Positions 11,950-25,456 of a stretch of DNA of 64,000 nucleotides are shown here, in pieces. The notes under the pieces were generated by a model that ran no database searches, was not told the DNA's origin, and was given only the letters and a program-made list of their open reading frames with translations. This DNA comes from Haliotis cracherodii (Eukaryota), in NCBI RefSeq assembly GCF_022045235.1, contig NW_027266319.1, forward strand, positions 69,688,001-69,752,000, written 5' to 3'. Position numbers and translations under genes: made by a program. Positions within the stretch are counted from its first letter, which is position 1. Each line of letters opens with the position of its first letter.

Positions 11950-13440
11950 TCCCTGCATTGTGCATAGATCAGTTTGCCAGTTCCTGCATTGTCCATAGAT
12001 CAGTTTGTCAGTCCAAGCATGGTGGCGCTTAGATCAATGTGAGTTATAGATCAAGGTGGTTCATAGATCAGTATAACAGTCTCTGCCAAGTGGTGCATAG
12101 ATCAGTATAACAGTCTCTGCCAAGTGGTTCATAGATCAGTGTGACAGTATCTGCAAAGTGGTTCATAGATCAGTATAACAGTCTCTGCCAAGTGGTTCAT
12201 AGATCAGTATAACAGTCTCTGCCAAGTGGTGCATAGATCAGTGTGACAGTCTCTGCAATGTGGTTCATAGATCAGTAGAGCAGTCTCTAGCAAGTGGTTC
12301 ATAGATCAGTTTAACAGTCTTTGCCAAGTAGTGCATATATCAGTGTGGCAGTCTCTAGCAAGTGGTGAAAAGGTCAGTATAGCAGTCTCTACCAATTGGT
12401 TCATAGATCAGTGTGTCTGTGTCTGCAAAGTGTTTTATAATTCAGTAGAACGGTTTCAGGCAAGTGATTCTTAGATTAGTATAACAGTCTCTGCCAAGTG
12501 GTTCTTAGATCAGTATAACAGTCCCTGCCAAGTTGTTCTTAGATCAGTATAACACTCTCCGCCAAGTGGTTCTTAGATCAATGTAACAGTCTCAGCCAAG
12601 TGGTTCATAGATCAGTTTAACAGTCTTTGCCAAGTAGTGCATATATCAGTGTGACAGACTCTGCCAAGTGGTGCATAGATCAGTTAAACAGTCTCTGCCA
12701 AGTGATGCATAGATCAGTTTGACAGTATCTGCAAAGTGGTGTATAGATCAGTATAACAGTCTCTGCCAAGTGGTGCATAGATGAGTGTGACAGTATCTGC
12801 AAAGTTGTTCATAGATCAGTATAACAGTCTCTGCCAAGTGGTGCATAGATCAGTATAACAGTCTCTGCCAAGTTGTTCTTAGATCAGTATAACAGTCCCT
12901 GCCAAGTGGTTCATTATCAGTATAACAGTCTCTGCCAAGTGATGCATAGATCAGTATAACAGTCTCTGCTAAGCGGTTAATAGATCAGTATAACAGTCTC
13001 TAGCAAGTGGTGCACATATCAGTATAACAGGCACCGCCCTTGGTTCATAGCCTATTGTGATAGTCTCTGCCAGGTGGTTCATAGAGGGGAATAACAGTCT
13101 CTGCCAAGTGGTTCATAGATCAGTGTAACTGTACCTGCCAAGTAGTGCATAGATCAGTGTGACAGTCTCTGCCAAGTGGTTCATAGATCAGTGTGACAGT
13201 CTCTGCCAAGTGGTGCATAGATCAGTGTGACAGTCTCTGCCAAGTGGTTCATAGATCAGGTTAGACAGTCTCTGCCAAGTGGTGCATAGATCAGTGTGAC
13301 AGTCTCTGCCAAGTGGTTCATAGATCAGGTTAGACAGTCTCTGCCAAGTGGTTCATAGATCAGTGTAGCTGTATCTGCCAAGTGGTTCATAGAACAGTGT
13401 GACAGTCTCTGCCAGGTATTCCATAGATCAGTATGACACT
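11950..13440. repeat. Minisatellite, 34-bp unit ATAGATCAGTATAACAGTCTCTGCCAAGTGGTTC
   Basis: Period of 34 measured between 12131 and 12165; edges are degenerate. Confidence 0.95.
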
Positions 13441-15244
13441 TCATACCATTCAACTCCAAACAAAATGTAGATTTTGAAGTTACTGAAACAGTTCCCTGTT
13501 AAGTATTATCCAGAAGCTTAACGTCATTGAAATATGTCTGAAATAGTGTGACAAGTTTGTCACCTGTCGGTGTTATTCTGTAATACGGACAACTGATGGT
13601 TCTGACCATTGCAATATGAAATACGCATGGGCCTTTATGAACAAACTCTTTTCTTTAAGACTATAACACAAATAGATGGTATCATTTGTAGCATATGGGT
13701 CATATCAGGCATAACGTTTTGCTTAAAAAGTTCAAGTTTAATTAAGAATTGCCTTTCACTTTGTGTGAATTCATTGGAGTATGAACGTTCATAGAGTGAG
13801 GGCCAAACCGTATGAACGTCGGAGCTTGCTAGTGTGAAGTGAAAGTCAATTCTTACAATTTTTGAAAATCACTACTTTATACCTCAAGGGATGTATATTG
13901 TGACTTCATGTTTACACTGGCAGCCATACCACAACCAGCTTATCGCGGAACAAAATAGTTCCCCCCAAAAGGGAGGTGACATGAGCGTATGTTTTATCAA
14001 CTTGCGTTACAGGAACATATGTTGTAGTTTGTTTAACAGAAATGTATTAAAATGCTATCATCTTTGGGTTAGAAAGGTCCGTTAAGAACTACCTCAGTAA
14101 GTCAGTCACAATGACTGCGCCACGTAATACATTTACATCAAGTACAGGACGTCAAAATGGCCGACACGACAAACGTGACGGGCGAGATTTCAGAAGTTAT
14201 TTATGAAGCTGTGGCGGCTACATGTGTCGGTCATCATTGATCAGTTGGCCGATCATTGACTTGCTATTGTAAAGATGTATCAAAATGATACTGAGGTACA
14301 TTCATAGACTGTAACTGCCACTCTATACACGGATCGATATTACGATAGTTTGGATGTGCATTTCTTCGTTTTGTTCACAAGCGAGGATATTCGTTAACGA
14401 TCATGCAGTCAAACTCTCTGACACTTCTCAAAGTTTGCTAGAACACATTTCCTATGCAAGACAGGACACGTGTAGAGGCGCGTACATCAGCCTGCACTCA
14501 CTCACTCCGGCACAGCGGGGTTTCCGAGAAATAACACATTATCTACAAAACAGAATTCCTCCCCAATCCCTGCCTCGCCACATTCATGTAATTTAGCTAG
14601 TCAACAGTAAAAAATCAACATGTAAAAATCATAAGCTATCTAAAAAGATAAACTAATTAGGCTTCGGCCACCTATATGCTATATTCTCTATAACCCCCAC
14701 GTTGACGGCAGGCGCATTTATGTTAGAAGTCTTCAAACAAACGCAGTAAGTTGATAACAGTTTTGATTCTGTTTCAGTGTTGTTCAAGGCTAGTTATTTC
14801 GGTATAGGGCATCTACAAGGAGTCACAAAAGGCCCTTGTTTTTTACGAATCATTTAATGTGGTGTCCTGTCGTTTCATCCTCATTTCCTTATCTGACAGG
14901 AAATGTGAATTTGAAGGATTGAAATAGAATTGAGTAAATTTGAGACCGGTTTTCGATGAAGTGTTTAAGATAAAGTTTATCACTTGCGTTCGGTTGCCTA
15001 TTGCTTGGTCTTATTGTAGGGGTACCTGTTGTAAGTGCTGCTGATTTGGATTGACACGAATAATGTTAATTTGACTTTACTCAGATTTCTAGTCAAAAGA
15101 TAAGTAAATAAAACCGACTCGCATTGAGCAAGTGCGAGGCAGCACCTTCTCTATAACATGGTTCTGAAGACTTTTGTAAACTCACGTGGTACGTAGCTCA
15201 TGCCCAAAGGAGTATTTTGTTGTTGAGTATCTTCTGATGCCATC

Positions 15245-15945
15245 CTGTTATCTGTAGGTGAGCGTGACACTTTTGACAATGATTGTTGTCTTGCTGTTAT
15301 CTGTAGGGGAGAGTGGCACTTCTGACAAAGATTGTTGACTTGCTGTTATCTGTAGGGGAGAGTGGCACTTCTGACAATGATTGTTGTCTTGCTGCTATCT
15401 GTAGGGGAGCGTGACGCCTCTGACAATGATTGTTGTCTTGCTGTTATCTGTAGGGCCACGGAGTACCTCTGACAATGCTTGTTCTCACGCTGTTATTTGT
15501 TTGGGAAACGGGGTACCTCTGACAATAACTGTTGTCACGCTGTTATCTGTAGGGCCACGGGGTACCTCTGACAATGCTTGTTCTCACGCTTTTATCTGTA
15601 GGGCCACGGGGTACCTCTGACAATGCTTGTTCTCACGCTGTTATCTGTAGGACCACGGGGTACCTCTGACAATGATTGTTCTCACGCTGTTATCTGTAGG
15701 GCCACGGGGTACCTCTGACAATGCTTGTTCTCACGCTGTTATCTGTAGGGCCACGGGGTTCCTCTGACAATGATTGTTCTCACGCTGTTATCTGTAGGGC
15801 CACGGGGTACCTCTGACAATGCTTGTTCTCACGCTGTTATCTGTAGGGCCACGGGGTTCCTCTGACAATGATTGTTCTCACGCTGTTATCTGTAGGGCCA
15901 GGGGGTACAACTGACAACAACTGCTGTCGTCTTGTTGTCTGTAGA
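15245..15945. repeat. Minisatellite, 49-bp unit CTCTGACAATGCTTGTTCTCACGCTGTTATCTGTAGGGCCACGGGGTAC
   Basis: Period of 49 (15566 to 15615); ~14 copies. Confidence 0.95.
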
Positions 15946-16199
15946 GGGAACGAGGCATCTCCTGTATGTATAGGGAGACGGGTGTCAAAGAGGACATGTT
16001 GGAATAAACGTAAGGAATGTCGAAAGATTAATTAGGAGACCTTGATGTTTGCCGTATAGATCTGTCCATGGGGTGACGATATTTACAATATAAACATAGA
16101 AACATATCACCAGTCAGTTCCAACACAAGACAAATATGGCTTTAATCGCGCCATGAACTGCGTAAAAAGAGAATTCTAAGAACAGAGAGTTCATGTGTT

Positions 16200-19100
16200 C
16201 AGGTCGTGGATGTAATCAGTGGTTGTGTTGAGGTTGGTGGTGGGAGTGGTTTACTTGAGGTCGGTGGCGGGAGTGGTTGTGTTGATGTCGGTGGCGGGAG
16301 TGGTTTACTTGAGGTCGGTGACGGGAGTGGTTGTGTTGAGTTGGAGTCAGGAGTGTTAATGTTTAGGTCGGTGGCGGGAGCGGTTGTTTTGAGGTCGGTG
16401 GCGGGAGCGGTTGTGTTGAGGTCGGTGACGGGAGTGGTTGTGTAGATGTCGATTTGTGGGAGTTGTGTTCTGTTCATTTTGTGGGAGTCGTTGTGTTGAG
16501 GTCGGTGACGGGATTGCTTTTTTTCAGGTATGGCAGCGGGAATGTTTTTTTGAGATCGGTGTCAGGAGTGGTTCTGTTGATCTCGGTGTCGGGAGTGGTT
16601 CTGTTGATCTCGGTGTAGGGAGTGGTTCTGTTGATCTCGGTGTCGGGAGTGGTTGTTCTTCAGGTAGGTTCAAGGAGTGGTTGTGTTTAGGTCGGTGTCG
16701 GGAGTGGTTGTTGTTCTGGTCGGTTCAAGGAGTGGTTGTGTTTAGGTCGGTGTCGGGAGTGGTTGTTCTGGTCGGTTCAAGGAGTGGTTGTGTTTAGGTC
16801 GGTGTCGGGAGTGGTTGTTGTTCTGGTCGGTTCAAGGAGTGGTTGTGTTTAGGTAGGTGTCAGGAGTCGTTGTTGTTCTGGTCGGTGGCGGGAGTGGTTA
16901 TTTTGAAGTCTGTGTCTGGAGTGGGTCTGTTGAGGTGGATGTCGGGAGCGGTTGTGTTGAGGTCGGTATCGGGAGTGGTTGTTCTGGTCGGTGGCGGGAG
17001 TGATTATTTTGAGGTCAGTGTCTGGAGTGGGTCTGTTGAGGTGAATGTCGGGAGTGGTTGTGTTGAGGTCGGTGTCGGGAGTGGTTTTGTTGAGGTCGGT
17101 GTTAGGAGTGGTTGTGTTGAGGTCGGTGTCTGGAGTGGGTCTGTTGAGGTGAATGTCGGGAGTGGTTGTGTTGAGGTCGGTGTAGGGAGTGGTTTTGTTG
17201 AGGTCGATGTTAGGAGTGGTTGTGTTGAGGTCGGTGTCAGGAGTGGGTCTGTTGAGGTGGATGTCGGGAGTGGCTGTGTTGAGGTCGGTGTAGGGAGTGG
17301 TTTTGTTGAGGTCGGTGTTAGGAGTGATTGTGTTGAGGTCGGTGTCAGGAGTGGGTCTGTTGAGGTGGATGTCGGGAGTGGTTGTGTTGAGGTCGGTGTA
17401 GGGAGTGGTTGTGTTGAGGTCGGTGTTAGGAGTGGTTGTGTTGAGGTCGGTGTCAGGAGTGGTTGTGTTGAGGACGGTGTCAGGAGTGGTTATTTTGAGG
17501 TCGGTGTCTGGAGAAGTTATGTTGAGGTCGGTGACAAGAGTGGTTGTGCTGAGGTCGTTAGCAGGAGTGGTTGTGTTGAGGCCAGTGACGGGAATGGTTG
17601 TGCTGAGATCGTTGGTTGTGCTGAGGTCGGTGGCTGAAGTGGATGTGTTGAGGTCAGTGTCGGGAGTGGTTGTTGTTCAGGTCGGTGTCGGGAGTAGTTT
17701 TGGTAAGGTAGGTGTCAGGAGCAGTTCTGTTGAGGTCAGTGGCGGGAGCAGTTCTGTTTAGGTCGGTGTCGGGAGCAGTTCTGTTGAGGTCGGTGTCAGG
17801 AGCAGTTCTGTTGAGGTGGATGTCGGGAGTGGTTGTGCTGAAGTCGGTAGCGGGAGTGGTTGTGCTGAAGTCGGTAGCGGGAGTGGTTGTGCTGAAGTCG
17901 AAAGCGGAAGTGGTTGTGTTGAGATCGATGGCTCTGCTGAGATCAGTGACTAAAGTGGTTGTGTTTAGGTCGCTGGCGGGAGTGGTTCAGTTGAGTTGGG
18001 TGGCGGGATTGCTTTTATTTAGGTATGGCAACGGGAATGGTTGTGTAGAGGTCGGTGGATGGAGTGTTTGTGTTAAGGTCGGCGGTGGGAGTGGTTTTAA
18101 TTCGGGTATGGCGACGGAAGTTGTTGTGTTGAGGTCAGTGATGGTAGTGCTTGTGTTGATGTTGGTGTCGGTGTCAGGGGTGGTTATGTTGAGGTCGGTG
18201 TCGGGAGTGGTGGTCTTTAGGTCGGTGTCGGGGGTGGTTATGTTCAGGACGGTGTCGGGGGTGGTTCTGTTGAGGTCGGTGTCGGGGGTGGTTGTTGTTC
18301 AGGTCGGTGTCGGGGGTGGTTATGTTGAGGTCGGTGTCGGGAGTGGTGGTCTTTAGGTCGGTGTCGGGGGTGGTTATGTTCAGGTCGGTGTCGGGGGTGG
18401 TTCTGTTGAGGTCGGTGTCGGGGGTGGTTGTTGTTCAGGTCGGTGTCGGGGGTGGTTATGTTGAGGTCGGTGTCGGGAGTGGTGGTCTTTAGGTCGGTGT
18501 CGGGGGTGGTTATGTTCAGGTCGGTGTCGGGGGTGGTTCTGTTGAGGTCGGTGTCGGGGGTGGTTGTTGTTCAGGTCGGTGTCGGGGGTGGTTATGTTGA
18601 GGTCGGTGTCGGGAGTGGTGGTCTTTAGGTCGGTGTCGGGGGTGGTTATGTTGAGGTCGGTGTCGGGGGTGGTTCTGTTGAGGTCGGTGTCGGGGGTGGT
18701 TGTTGTTCAGGTCGGTGTCAGGGGTGGTTATGTTGAGGTCGGTGTCGGGAGTGGTGGTCTTTAGGTCGGTGTCGGGGGTGGTTATGTTCAGGTCGGTGTC
18801 GGGAGTGGTTGTGGTGAGGTCGGTGGCGGGAGTGGTTGTGTTGAGCTTGGTGTCGGGAGTGGTTGTGTTGAGCTTGGTGTCGGGAGTGGTTGTGTTGAGG
18901 TCGGTGGCTGGATTGGTTGTGTTGAGGTCGGTGGCGGGAGTGGTCATGTTGAGGTTGGTGTCAGGAGTGGTTGTGTTGAGCTTGGTGTCGGGAGTGGTTA
19001 TGCTGAGGTCGGTGTCGTGAGTGGTTATGTTGAGGTCGGTGTCGGGAGTGGTTATGCTGAGGTCGGTGTCGTGAGTGGTTATGTTGAGGTCGGTGTCGGG

Positions 19101-19415
19101 AGTGGTTTTGTTGAGGTTGGTGGCTGGAGTGGTTGTGTTGAGCTTGGTGGCGGGATTGGCTATGTTGAGGTCGGTGTCGTGAGTGGTTATGTTGAGGTCG
19201 GTGTCTGGGGTGGTTATGTTGAGGTCGGTGTCGGGAGTGGTTGTGTTGAGGTCGGTGAAAGGAGTGGTTTTGTTGAGGTTGGTGGCGGGAGTGGTTGTTG
19301 TTCAGGTCGGTGGCGGGAGTGGTTGTTGTTCAGGTCGGTGGCGGGAGTGGTTGTTGTTCAGGTCGGTGGCGGGAGTGGTTGTTGTTCAGGTCGGTGGCGG
19401 GAGTGGTTGTGGTGT
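16200..19415. repeat. G/T-rich minisatellite, 27-bp unit GAGGTCGGTGTCGGGAGTGGTTGTGTT, with a 136-bp higher-order repeat
   Basis: Read directly; ORF starts recur at 18292, 18428, 18564 and 18700. Confidence 0.96.
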
Positions 19416-20409
19416 TGGGACAACAACAGCTAAGTGTTACACAAATCCGGGGTCCACGATCCACGCCTACAGTCGCCTCTGGTACCAGCCGCATTTAGTC
19501 GTCTCATACAACTCTCACACTTAGGTATACAGTCCTGTACACCAAACATGGTTGGAAATTTGATATTTATTAATAGGTTAAAGTCTAGTTGCCATGCACT
19601 GCGTTCATTAGGGGGTTTAATTTGAAGAATAAAGGAAGCCATCTTGAGATAGGACGAACAAATAAAATATTGGAATGAAATGCCTTGCAGCTCAGGGCGA
19701 CATTTCCTGTCGTTAAAAACACAGAGTTACCTCCCTTAGACCGTCTTTCCTATCACAGACGATTTCTCTAAGTGCCTATCTTTAAAATCTGAAGCTTCAG
19801 GAACAATTATGTGAGCCACTGATAAACAGTGTACATGCTGTCTGTCGTCCAGACTATGTATTCACCACTGGGGATGTCTTCCGTCTGTCGTCACACTCCG
19901 GGACATGATGCATACGAAAGCGATACACAACGAGCAGAGCGAGAAGAGCGTCCAACCACAAGAAGCATTTCAACCCCTGGCTCAGGGAACACCAGAATCA
20001 TTCGTCAACGTTTAAACTTTTCCAGCCGTAGGATCGACTTTCGCGCTTTGCGCAAAAACCGAAGATATTAATAAGTTCTTATCAGTAATTCAACCTTGCA
20101 TAATCATAATGGCATCTGCAGACACGATGCTGGGGACATTAGTTCCGCTGTAGTTGAGCGCGGAATGATTTTATCATCTGATGGTAGTGTGACTACAAAC
20201 CCACAGGGGAACAGCAGCGGGGATTGCCGAGTTGACACGATGCCGTCCACACGTCTACGGGAACATGACACTCGATGCATGGATCGCAAACTCATTTCCA
20301 TGTTTAAAGAAAATAGATGTCCACGTATTTTGGCTGTTAAACATGTGATTTGTCTGACGATAATTCTTGACAAATTGTATAATCTGGCCTTGTTATGTGG
20401 ATGATGTGA

Positions 20410-22450
20410 GCGGGTGGGTAGGTGTGAGGTTATCTTGGCAGGTGGGTTGGCGTTTGTGGTTCTCTTAGCGGGCGGTAGGCGTTTGAATGATCTTAGCAAG
20501 TGGGTAGGCGTTTGAGGTGATCTTAGCACGTGGGTAGGCGTTTTAGGTTATCTTAGCGGGTGGGTAGGCGTAAGAGGTGATGTTAACGGTTGGGTAGGCG
20601 TTTGAAGTGATCTTAGTGGATGGGTAGGTGTTTGAGAGGATCTTAGTCGGTGGGTATGTGTGTGAGGTGATCTTCGTGGATGGGTAGGAGTTTGAGGTGA
20701 TCTTAGTGGGTGGGTGGGTAGGCGTGTGAGGTGATGTTAACGGGTGGGTAGGCGTTTGAGATGATCTTAGAGGGTGGGTAGGCGTTTGAGATGATCTTAG
20801 CGGGTGGGTGGGCGTTTGAGGTGATCTTAGCGGGTTGGTAGGTGTTTGAGGTGATCTTAGCAGGTGGGTAGGTGTTTGAGGTGATCTTAGCGGGTTGGTA
20901 GGCGTTTGAGGTGATCTTAGCGGGTTTGGAGGTGTTTGAGGTGATCTTAGCAGATGGGTAGGTGGGTGAGGTTATCTTGGCAGATGCGTAGGCATTTGAG
21001 ATGATCTTAGCGGGTGGGTAGGAGTTTTAGGTTATCTTAGCGGGTTGGTAGGTGTTTTGGATGATCTTAGCGGGTGGGTAGGAGTTTTAGGTGATCTTAG
21101 CGGGTGGGTAGGAGTTTTAGGTTATCTTAGCGGGTTGGTAGGTGTTTTGGATGATCTTAGCGGGTGGGTAGGAGTTTTGGATGATCTTAGCGGGTGGGTA
21201 GGAGTTTTGGATGATCTTAGCGGGTGGGTAGGAGTTTTAGGTGATCTTAGCGGGTGGGTAGGAGTTTTAGGTGATCTTAGCAGGTGGGTAGGTGTTTTGG
21301 ATGATCTTAGCGGGTGGGTAGGAGTTTTAGGTGATCTTAGTGGGTAGGTAAGTGTGTAAGGTTATCTTAGCGGGTGGGTAGGTGTTTGAGGTGATCTTTG
21401 CGGGTGGGTAGGGTTGGTAGGTGTGTGAGGTGATCTTAGCAGGTGGTTAGGCGTTTGAGATGATCCGAGAGGCTGGGTATGTGTAAGATGTGATCCTACC
21501 GGGTATGTAGGCGTTTTAGGTTATATTAGCGGGTGGGTATGGGTGTGAGATGATCTTAGCGGTTGGGTATGTGTGTGAGGGGATCTTAGCTGGTGAATAG
21601 GCGTGTGAGGTGATCTTAGCTGGTGGGTAGGCGTGTGAGGTGATCTTAGCTGGTGGGTAGGCATATGAGGTTATCTTAGCTGGTGGGTAGGTGTGCGAGG
21701 TTATCTTAGCTGGTGGGTAGGCGTATGAGGTTATCTTAGCTGGTGGGTAGGCGTATGAGGTTATCTTAGCAGGTGGGTAGGTGTGCGAGGTTATCTTAGC
21801 TGGTGGGTATGTGTGTGAGGTTATCTTAGCTGGTGGGTAGGTGTGTGAGGTTATCTTAGCGGGTGGGTAGGCGTATGAGGTTATCTTAGCTGGTGGGTAT
21901 GTGTGTGAGGTTATCTTAGCTGGTGGGTAGGTGTGTGAGGTTATCTTAGCTGGTGGGTAGGTGTGTGAGGTTATCTTAGCGGGTGGGTAGGCGTATGAGG
22001 TTATCTTAGCAGGTGGGTAGGTGTGCGAGGTTATCTTAGCGGGTGGATTGGCGTTTGATGTTATCTTAGCGGATGGGTTGGTGTTTTAGGTTATCTTAGC
22101 GAGTGGCTAGGTGCGAGGTGATCTTAGCGGTTGGGTACGCGTATGAGGTGATCTTAGCGGGTGGGAAGGTGTGTGAAGTGATCGTAGCAGCTGGGTAAGG
22201 GGTTGAAGTAATCTTAGCTGGTGGGTAAGTGTATGAGTAGATCTATGCGGGTGGATAGGGTGTGAGGTTATCTTAACGGGTAGGTAGGTGTGTGAGGTGA
22301 TCTTAGTTGGAGAGAAGGTGTGTGAGGTGATCTTAGCGTGTGGGGAGGTGTATGAGGAGATCTTTGCCGATGTATATGCTTGTGGAATGATATGAGCAGA
22401 TCCATAGGTGTGTGAGGTGATGTGAACGGATGGGTGCGCGCGTGGAATGT
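20410..22450. repeat. G-rich minisatellite, 30-bp unit GAGGTGATCTTAGCGGGTGGGTAGGCGTTT
   Basis: Read directly; 10-aa periodicity in the ORF track. Confidence 0.96.
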
Positions 22451-22869
22451 CCACAGGAAATGGGTAGGCAGCCGGGTAGTCGTGTAGGTAGTTGTGTGGG
22501 GTGTGTCGAGGAGGTGTGGTGTATGGGTAAGCGAGTGTGGTGCAACAAGGGTGCAGTGTGGTCGACTACTTTATTGCTTTTGTATGTTTTGTCCTGAATT
22601 TCATGCTGACTGCATTGTCGATGCCAAACATATGCCACTGAATCTATTTGAATTATTTCCGTCTGACCATTATACCAAACAAAATGTTCTTTCTGATTTA
22701 AAGGCCGAAAGTCCAGGAAAATCATGGTTATACAGATGGGATATAAACCAGCCGGCATTATTTTAGATACACGTAATAATTCGTACCCTTCTAGTAATGA
22801 GGTATCAAGTATATTAGACATTAATCTCACTGTTGGTTCAGAAATGTTTGTAGATATTATTCGACATGC

Positions 22870-23702
22870 AGCTGAGTGTACAGTGTTTACGAGAAGCTAG
22901 ACGTCAACTGAGTGTACAGTGTTAACGAGAAGCTAGACGTCAACTGAGTGTACAGTGTTAACGAGAAGCTTGACGTCAACTGAGTGTACAGTATTAACGA
23001 GAAGCTAGACGTCAACTGAGTGTACAGTGTTAACGAGAAGCTAGACGTCAACTGAGTGTACAGTGTTTACGAGAAGCTAGACGTCAACTGAGTGTACAGT
23101 GTTTACGAGAAGCTAGACGTCAACTGAGTGTACAGTGTTAACGAGAAGCTAGACGTCAACTGAGTGTACAGTGTTAACGAGAAGCTAGACGTCAACTGAG
23201 TGTACAGTGTTAACGAGAAGCTAGACGTCAACTGAGTGTACAGTGTTAACAAGAAGCTAGACGTCAACTGAGTGTACAGTGTTAACAAGAAGCTAGACGT
23301 CAACTGAGTGTACAGTGTTAACGAGAAGCTAGACGTCAACTGAGTGTACAGTGTTAACAAGAAGCTAGACGTCAACTGAGTGTACAGTGTTAACGAGAAG
23401 CTAGACGTCAACTGAGTGTACAGTGTTAACAAGAAGCTAGATGTCAACTGAGTGTACAGTGTTAACGAGAAGCTAGACGTCAACTGAGTGTACAGTGTTA
23501 ACGAGAAGCTAGACGTCAGCTGAGAGTAGTGTTAACGAGAAGCTAGACGTCAACTCAGTGTACAGTGTTAACAAGAAGCTAGACGTCAACTGAGTGTACA
23601 GTGTTAACGAGAAGCTAGACGTCAACTGAGTGTACAGTGTTAACGAGAAGCTAGACGTCAACTGAGTGTACAGTGTTAACGAGAAGCTAGACGTCAACTG
23701 AG
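22870..23702. repeat. Highly homogeneous minisatellite, 36-bp unit AGACGTCAACTGAGTGTACAGTGTTAACGAGAAGCT
   Basis: About 23 near-identical head-to-tail copies with no spacers. Confidence 0.97.
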
Positions 23703-23851
23703 AAGGTTCAAGGTTCCAACATAGGAAGCCCGATAAAAGGTAACACTTTATTTATCCTCTTGGGAACTACAAACATATTTGCAAAGTGTCAAAATTGAAC
23801 TTCCAAAACAAAACTTAAATCACGTATTAAGGACTCATCTATGTTTAGGAA

Positions 23852-24297
23852 AGGATTGAGAAGCTCTATCAAGTCCGTGTTACTGAAGCAGTGAGATTGA
23901 TAAGGCTGTTGGTTTTAGCATTCAAAGTACGGGTGGGGTAGGATTGAGAAGTCTATCAAGTCTGTGTTACTGAAGTAGTGAGATTGATAAGGCTGTTGGT
24001 TTTAGCATTCAAAGTACGGGTGTAGTAGGTTTGAGAAGCCTATCAAGTCTGGTTACTGGAGTAGTAAGATTGATAAGGCTGTTGGTTTTAGCATTCAAAG
24101 TACGGGTGGAGTAGGTTTGAGAAGCCTATCAAGTCTGTGTTACTGAAGTAGTAAGATTGATAAGGCTGTTGGTTTTAGCATTCAAAGTACGGGTGTAGTA
24201 GGTTTGAGAAGCCTATCAAGTCTGTGTTACTGAAGTAGTGATATTGATAAGGCTGTTGGTTTTAGCATTCAAAGTACGGGTGTAGTAGGTTTGAGAA
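23852..24297. repeat. Tandem repeat, ~87-bp unit, five copies
   Basis: CTATCAAGT recurs at 23866, 23953 and 24040 and onward. Confidence 0.95.
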
Positions 24298-24760
24298 TGG
24301 CGATACTAAAGAGTTTTCTTTAGATTTTATTGATAAATACATTCTCGAGTCTCCCATCATGGATCAAGGGATTCAGGCAGCAAGTAACCATTTGAAGTCC
24401 CCTGGATATGACGATATTGTCAATGAAATGTTAAACTGTTCTCAACCTGTCATATTTCCATGCTGTGGAATCTTATTTAACAACTATACTTCATTTGCAT
24501 ATATCAAGGCGAAAAAACCCTTTCGGGATCATGTGGTAATGAGTCACTATCAAATAGTGATGCTACCATGTGTCCGAGAAAAGGTGAGCGTATCCTGCCC
24601 CACCGATGGAGCACGTCACAAGCACATGCAAAGGCAAGTCAACTGTTCAACTGATAACACACCAGAATATTTGGTACAAGTCAAAATAGTAAATTGTCAC
24701 TGATGCGTCAAATTTGGAAATGCGCTCCACATGTCTGCTATAAAATGTTTGAGAGCATAA

Positions 24761-25210
24761 GGCTACCCGCCCATGTTGGCCGCGATATATCACGATGTTA
24801 AACTCGTGTGAAAGATCGTGCTACATCGTGATTAGCTCGTGATATACTCGTACTTAGCTCCTTATGTGCTCGTGATACATCGTGAGAGATCGTGTGACAT
24901 CGTGATACATCGTGAGAGATCGTGTGACATCGTGATACATCGTGAGAGATCGTGTGACATCGTGATACATCGTGAGAGATCGTGTGACATCGTGATACAT
25001 CGTGAGAGATCGTGGTTGGTTCACGATGTCGGGGATTTTTTGGACATGTTCAAAGTATCTCCAATACACGTGACATCGTGTGCTGCTCGTGTTATACTCG
25101 TGTTGTGCTCGGTATTGTTCATAGTCAGCTCGTGTATGTCAGACCACACTCGTAATGACCTCGTGCAGTTTTTTGTGACCAGACGTGAACATGTCGAATC
25201 CCAAACTGAA
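24761..25210. mobile_element. Possible PIF/Harbinger-like non-autonomous element fragment containing a 30-bp internal tandem repeat (24870-25015)
   Basis: TAA|GGCTAC start and many ATCGTG/CTCGTG/CACGA subterminal-like motifs; CGTGATACATCGTGAGAGATCGTGTGACAT repeated ~4.5 times. No matching right TIR found. Confidence 0.35.
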
Positions 25211-25456
25211 ATAATATGTTAACCCAGAATTGTATACGTTAAAGACATTAGTGTCAAACCAACAAGTGGTATACATCAACAAATGTATTTCCAAATTAAT
25301 GAAACCGATCGCCCAAATGCATCACGGCAACGGCCATGGTAACCCGATGCACGTGAGTTCCGTGCAAATAAAAATGCACATGCGTTACCCCATTTCTTGC
25401 CCTATAAAAATCCACCCAGATCGGATAACATTCATTCGTTATTGAATTGCTACCAC

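Larger units (their letters stand above)
22546..24490 (+). pseudogene. Decayed non-LTR retrotransposon ORF2 (end of APE endonuclease to start of RT), interrupted by two tandem arrays
   Basis: QGCSVVDYFIA at ~22546-22578 and frameshifted DAKHMPL at ~22620-22640 resemble the APE motifs S.VDY and SDHxP. ILESPIMDQGIQAASNHLKSPGYDDIVNEMLN...ILFN at ~24337-24482 resembles the pre-RT motif K(S/A)PG.D.I.NE.LK...LFN. Same strand and expected order. Confidence 0.65.

Noticed and set aside
22870-23702. 36-bp partly palindromic repeat resembling a CRISPR repeat
   Set aside because: Copies are head-to-tail with no spacers, there are no cas genes, and the context is eukaryotic.
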